This document shows, one piece after another, positions 59,894-64,000 of a DNA stretch of 64,000 nt (within the stretch, counting starts at the first letter, position 1; the number at the start of each line of letters is the position of its first letter). The translations under genes and the position numbers were made by a program. A model generated the notes under the pieces. The model was given only the letters and a program-made list of their open reading frames with translations, did no database searches and was not told the DNA's origin. The DNA lies in contig JAWRJQ010000099.1 in the NCBI GenBank assembly GCA_040307385.1, positions 18,122 through 82,121 on the forward strand. The letters run 5' to 3'. The DNA is from Atopobiaceae bacterium. GTDB lineage: Bacteria; Actinomycetota; Coriobacteriia; Coriobacteriales; Atopobiaceae.

Positions 59894-60601
59894 ATGGCAG
59901 ATAAGAAGAAAAAGATCCGGGTTGAGGACGGGGCCGCCGAGGCTCCGTCCCAGCCCAACGAAGCAGAAGAGCGCGAGATGACCGAGGAGGAGATGATCGA
60001 GGCCGCAAAGCGCGCGGGAGCAGAGGCCGCCGAGGCCGAGATCGCCGAGAAGGCCCAGCAGGACCTTATCGACCTCGAGGCGCGCGCCGTGGAGGCCGAG
60101 ACGCGTTTGGAGGATGCCGAGAAGGCCGCGCAGGACGCCACCGACAAGCTCCTGCGCCTGCAGGCCGACTGGGACAACTTCCGCCGCCGCACCGCAACGG
60201 AGCGTCTCGCCGAGCGAGACCGCGCCACCGAGGGGCTCGTCGAGAAGCTGCTGCCCGTCATCGACGATCTGGAGCGCGCCATCGACCACGCCGACACCTC
60301 CGAGAGCACCGAGCTCGTCCAGTTCGTGGAGGGCATCGTTGCGGTGCACGCCAAGATCGTCTCAGTGCTCGAGAAGGAGGGCGTCGAGGTGATCGACCCC
60401 GTCGGCCAGCCCTTCGATCCGCTTGCGCACCAAGCGGTGGGCCGCGAGGAGAACGCTGAGACGTACGACGAGACGGTTGCCCAGGTGTACCAGAAGGGCT
60501 ACCGCATGGGCGGCAAGGTCATCCGCTCCGCTATGGTGACGGTCACGTTCGGCGGACCCCAGCGTCCTGCCGATGATCCCGATCCCGCAGAGCAGACATA
60601 G
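59894..60601 (+). CDS. grpE: Nucleotide exchange factor GrpE
   Basis: LRLQADWDNFRRR, FDP..HQA, YQKGY and IRSAMV motifs. Confidence 0.98.
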   Translation: MADKKKKIRVEDGAAEAPSQPNEAEEREMTEEEMIEAAKRAGAEAAEAEIAEKAQQDLIDLEARAVEAETRLEDAEKAAQDATDKLLRLQADWDNFRRRTATERLAERDRATEGLVEKLLPVIDDLERAIDHADTSESTELVQFVEGIVAVHAKIVSVLEKEGVEVIDPVGQPFDPLAHQAVGREENAETYDETVAQVYQKGYRMGGKVIRSAMVTVTFGGPQRPADDPDPAEQT

Positions 60602-60604
60602 CGT

Positions 60605-60635
60605 CCCCAACAGGGGAGTACCCCCAAGCGGGGAA
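60605..60635. repeat. GGGAGTACCCCC repeat copy between grpE and dnaJ
   Basis: CCCCAACAGGGGAGTACCCCCAAGCGGGG. Confidence 0.55.
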
Positions 60636-60653
60636 TGAAAGGAGGCGAGCTTT

Positions 60654-61610
60654 ATGGCAGGTAAGGCAACGTACTACGACATCCTGGGCGTAAAGCGCAG
60701 CGCCTCCCAGGATGAGATCAAGGCCGCGTTCCACAAGCTCGCGGCCCAGCATCACCCCGATCGCGGCGGCGATGAGACCAAGTTCAAGGAGATCTCTGAG
60801 GCGTACAACACGCTGTTCGACGAGAAGAAGCGCAAGGAATACGACCAGCTCCTCATGTTCGGCGGCATCCCCGGCGCCGGAGGCCCCGGTCACGGCTACA
60901 GCTACTCCACCAACGTGGGCGGCCCCGACTGGGCTCAGATGTTCAACAACATGAGCAGCGGCAACGGTGCCTTCGGCGGCTTCGATTTCTCGCAGTTCTT
61001 CACCGGCGCGGCGGGCGGCGGCGCACGTGCGCAGCGCTCGACGCGCGGACAAGACCTCACGTTGTCGGTCGATGTTTCGGCCGAGGAAGCCTTCACGGGC
61101 ACCACGCGCAAGGTCACCTATCGCATCCCGTCCACGGGCGAGGAGCAAACCATCACGGTCAAGGTGCCCGCCGGTGCCGTCGATGGCGGCAAGCTGCGCT
61201 ATAAGGGGCGCGGAGAGTACAGCACGAGCGGCGGCTCCCGAGGCGATCTCGTGGTGACCACGCGCGTTGCGGAGGACCCCCTGTTCAAGCGCGACGGCGC
61301 CGACGTGCGTATGGAGCTGCCCATCAGCGTATACGAGGCGGCGCTGGGCGCCCAGATCGACGTGCCCACGCCCGAGCACAAGACGGTGCGGCTCAAGGTG
61401 CCCGCCGGCACGCAGGACGGCAAGACCTTCCGATTCAAAGACCTCGGCGCACCCAACGTCAAGCGCAAGGGCGCACGCGGCGCCCTCTACGTCACCGTGC
61501 GCGTGAAGGTCCCCACGCGCCTTTCGGCAAAGGAGCGCGAGCAGCTGCAGGCGCTGTCCGATGCCGACAAGCGCACCTATAGAGAGGACGTGGAACGCCA
61601 TGGCGCGTGA
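60654..61610 (+). CDS. dnaJ: DnaJ-class chaperone without a zinc finger (CbpA-like)
   Basis: J domain with HPD, G/F region and C-terminal domain; no CxxCxGxG repeats. Confidence 0.92.
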   Translation: MAGKATYYDILGVKRSASQDEIKAAFHKLAAQHHPDRGGDETKFKEISEAYNTLFDEKKRKEYDQLLMFGGIPGAGGPGHGYSYSTNVGGPDWAQMFNNMSSGNGAFGGFDFSQFFTGAAGGGARAQRSTRGQDLTLSVDVSAEEAFTGTTRKVTYRIPSTGEEQTITVKVPAGAVDGGKLRYKGRGEYSTSGGSRGDLVVTTRVAEDPLFKRDGADVRMELPISVYEAALGAQIDVPTPEHKTVRLKVPAGTQDGKTFRFKDLGAPNVKRKGARGALYVTVRVKVPTRLSAKEREQLQALSDADKRTYREDVERHGA

Positions 61611-62019
61611 ACACGCGAGCGATAAGGACAAGCCGCTCTATATGATCAGCGTTGCTGCCGACCTCACGGGCATGCACCCGCAAACCCTGCGCGTCTACGA
61701 GCAGAAGGGCCTCGTGACCCCCGGTCGCAGCCGAGGCAACACCCGTCTCTACAGCCAGGCTGACATCGAGCGCCTCAACCTCATCAACAAACTCACCGAC
61801 GAGGGCATCAACCTCGCCGGCGTGGTGCGCATCCTCGACATGCGCGAGCGCCAGCTCGAAAAGGATGAGAAGATCGACGAGCTCACCCACCGTGTGCGCG
61901 AGCTCGAGAACGAGGTTCACGAGTTCAAGATGCAGCAGCGCATCACGGCGCTCGCCCGCTACGAGGGGCAGAGTGCCGAGGCCGTCATGCGAGGGCTTCT
62001 CGACGGCAGGGACGACTAG
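61600..62019 (+). CDS. hspR: Heat-shock repressor HspR (MerR family)
   Basis: [22 protein letters not shown] and G.RLYS..GINLAG; last gene of the dnaK operon. Confidence 0.93.
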   Translation: MAREHASDKDKPLYMISVAADLTGMHPQTLRVYEQKGLVTPGRSRGNTRLYSQADIERLNLINKLTDEGINLAGVVRILDMRERQLEKDEKIDELTHRVRELENEVHEFKMQQRITALARYEGQSAEAVMRGLLDGRDD

Positions 62020-62033
62020 CGGAATCAGCCTGC

Positions 62034-62654
62034 TTAGACGGCCTTCCCGCCGGCGATGCCCTCGCGAAGGACGATCATGGCGTTCACGTGCACGGAATAG
62101 GCGAGCAGGATCACGGCGCTCTCGAAAAGGTCCTCCAAGCCTCCTGTTGCCGGCTCTCCCTGGGTGTTGAAGAAACGCAGCGCAGTGTGCATCCGCGCAG
62201 ACGGTTCGCCGGGCTTGTGGGAAACGAGGCCGCGGAGCGTCTCTTCGAAGAGTTCGATCATAGCGTCGTACGCTCGCGCGCTATCGACGTCTGCCTCCTC
62301 CGCAAGGGTGAGCAGCACGCGGATCTGCTCGATGGAGAGCACCTGTTTGAACGCGCACACGAAGAGCAGCGTCGCAAGGTGGCGCCGCGCGTAGCGCTTC
62401 CGCACGGGTGCCGGGACGATGCGCTGCTTCACATAGTTGTTCACCATCGCCCCCGTCACGACGCGCTCGCCGGGGGCGTACATGAACGCAAGCTCTGATG
62501 ACACGATCGAGAGCACCTGATCGAGGTAGAGCTCGATGCGCGGCATCTCGGAGATGCGCGAGATGTGCAGGGCGCTCACCCGTTCGGCATAGGCGGCGTA
62601 GCACGTCTCGTACTTGTTGCGCTGGTCTTGTTCCGCAGTATCATCGCGCGTCAT
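62034..62654 (-). CDS. DUF1836-family putative regulator
   Basis: MP.IELYLDQV, TGAMVNNYVKQ and RYARRHLA motifs; divergent from degV. Confidence 0.85.
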   Translation of the reverse strand: MTRDDTAEQDQRNKYETCYAAYAERVSALHISRISEMPRIELYLDQVLSIVSSELAFMYAPGERVVTGAMVNNYVKQRIVPAPVRKRYARRHLATLLFVCAFKQVLSIEQIRVLLTLAEEADVDSARAYDAMIELFEETLRGLVSHKPGEPSARMHTALRFFNTQGEPATGGLEDLFESAVILLAYSVHVNAMIVLREGIAGGKAV

Positions 62655-62806
62655 GGCATCCTCCTCGCGTCCTGCCGTGTATCTCTGCATGAGCCCACTC
62701 CCATGATATGTTAAAAATGATAACCCAAATATCTAGTATTAAAAACTAGGTCATGCGGTTATAATATCCCTATATGCACATCAACACTGCAAGGGAAGGG
62801 ACGGGC

Positions 62807-63697
62807 ATGGGTTCACGGAGCATCGCCATCCTCACCGATACCGGCACCAACACCCCGAGGTCCTTCATCGCGGAGCATGATGTGCGCGAGGTCGCCCTGC
62901 GCATCAACCTCGCCGACGGGTCGAGCCTCCGTTCCGGAGCCGACATCTCATCCGAAGGCCTGACGGCCCTGCTCGCCACAGAAATCCCCACAACCTCCCT
63001 GCCCTCACCCGATGAGATGCTTCAAGCGCTGCAGCAGGCTCGCAACGACGGCTATGAGAACGCCGTCTTCGTCACCATCGCCGCCGGGCTCTCTGCAACC
63101 AACCAGACGGCGCAGCTCGTGGCCGAGCGCATGGAGGGCTTCCCGGTGGCGGTGATCGACTCTCGGAACATCGGCATCGCGGCAGGCATGGTGACCATCG
63201 CGGCCGTTGAGATGGCCGATGCCGGCGCTCCCTTCAATGCGCTCGCCCGCGCGCTTGACGAGCTTTCGCGCGATACCCGCGTGTTCTTCTCGACGAAGAC
63301 CCTCGAATACCTGCGCAAGGGAGGGCGCATCTCCGAAGCGGTGTACCGCCTGGGGTCGTTTCTCCGCATCAGCCCCGTCATCACCTGCGATAAGGACGGG
63401 CGCTACACGGTTGCGCGCAAGGTGCGCGGCTGGGAGCGTTCGCTCGACGCGGAGGTGCTGCTTGCGCTCGACCATGCGCAGAAGCTCGATCGTCCGGTGC
63501 GGCTCGCCGTCTGCTGCAGCGCCGCACACGATCGCTTCGACGAACTCGAGGGCAAGCTCCGTGACGGCCTTGCGCAGCGCGACGTCGAGGTGGCGGGAGA
63601 TGTGCTGCGCTCAGGCGTATCTCCCGATCTGCTCGTGCACACCGGTCCCGATCTCGTGGGCGTGGGCATCCAGCCGCAGTGGGTGCGCTCCTGGTAG
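62807..63697 (+). CDS. DegV-family fatty-acid-binding protein
   Basis: AILTDTG, TTSLPS, LSAT, LEYLRKGGRI and VHTGP motifs. Confidence 0.93.
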   Translation: MGSRSIAILTDTGTNTPRSFIAEHDVREVALRINLADGSSLRSGADISSEGLTALLATEIPTTSLPSPDEMLQALQQARNDGYENAVFVTIAAGLSATNQTAQLVAERMEGFPVAVIDSRNIGIAAGMVTIAAVEMADAGAPFNALARALDELSRDTRVFFSTKTLEYLRKGGRISEAVYRLGSFLRISPVITCDKDGRYTVARKVRGWERSLDAEVLLALDHAQKLDRPVRLAVCCSAAHDRFDELEGKLRDGLAQRDVEVAGDVLRSGVSPDLLVHTGPDLVGVGIQPQWVRSW

Positions 63698-63730
63698 GTA
63701 CCGGATGCCGGCGCCTGCCTCCAGCATGAG

Positions 63731-63755
63731 AATCTTATACAAACGCACTTAGATT
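63731..63755. promoter_or_regulatory. Candidate HspR operator upstream of clpB
   Basis: AATCTT-N13-TAGATT with an ACTTAGATT right half identical to the dnaK site. Confidence 0.55.
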
Positions 63756-63835
63756 TGCTTAGCGCCTCTATGCGATGGGCATAACTCCTTTTGATATACG
63801 GCAACGCCCCTCGGGCACAGAAGGAGTGGATTTCA

Positions 63836-64000
63836 ATGAGAATCGATAAATGGGCCGTCACTGCTCAGGAGGCGCTCCAGGCGTCCATGGGCATTGCAGC
63901 CGATGCGCAGGCCGGCTCCATCGAGTCGATCCACCTGCTCAAGGCACTGCTCTCAGGCGGCGAGCGCAATATCAGCGCCATCATCGAGCGCGTGGGAGCC
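63836..64000 (+). CDS. clpB: ClpB chaperone, N-terminus (runs off the window)
   Basis: AAGGAG RBS; MRIDKWAVTAQEALQ..HLLKALL Clp N-domain. Confidence 0.8.
   Translation, partial: MRIDKWAVTAQEALQASMGIAADAQAGSIESIHLLKALLSGGERNISAIIERVGA

Overview
64-kb window of a high-GC chromosome, most consistent with Coriobacteriia (Collinsella/Olsenella-like). The taxonomy is inferred from the hspR-type dnaK operon, gene content and protein sequences. It is mostly core genome: pgi, SRP RNA, rlmKL, dnaX-ybaB-recR, a trehalose PTS cluster, rpsL-rpsG-fusA-rpsJ, rplC to rplX, dnaK-grpE-dnaJ-hspR, the start of clpB and four tRNAs. Small accessory blocks sit between these. No transposase, integrase, phage or CRISPR genes are visible. 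Most notable observations: (1) a hypB / 1000-aa Fe-S flavoprotein / hypA operon with no hydrogenase or urease in the window, a candidate uncharacterised nickel-linked enzyme system; (2) a close homologue of the Cutibacterium acnes polyunsaturated fatty-acid isomerase PAI with apparent active-site changes; (3) five intergenic inverted-repeat elements of 90-195 bp, each just downstream of a tRNA or ribosomal-protein gene, of which two are a 157-bp family with identical geometry and two share an 11-bp core at the same offset from their symmetry axis; (4) ribosomal operons that lack tuf, are split by a lipoprotein gene, and end after rplX next to dnaK; (5) a candidate non-canonical HspR operator shared by dnaK and clpB; (6) a possible Leu/Val-rich leader peptide before an acyl-CoA synthetase. 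All calls were made by eye; no searches were run.
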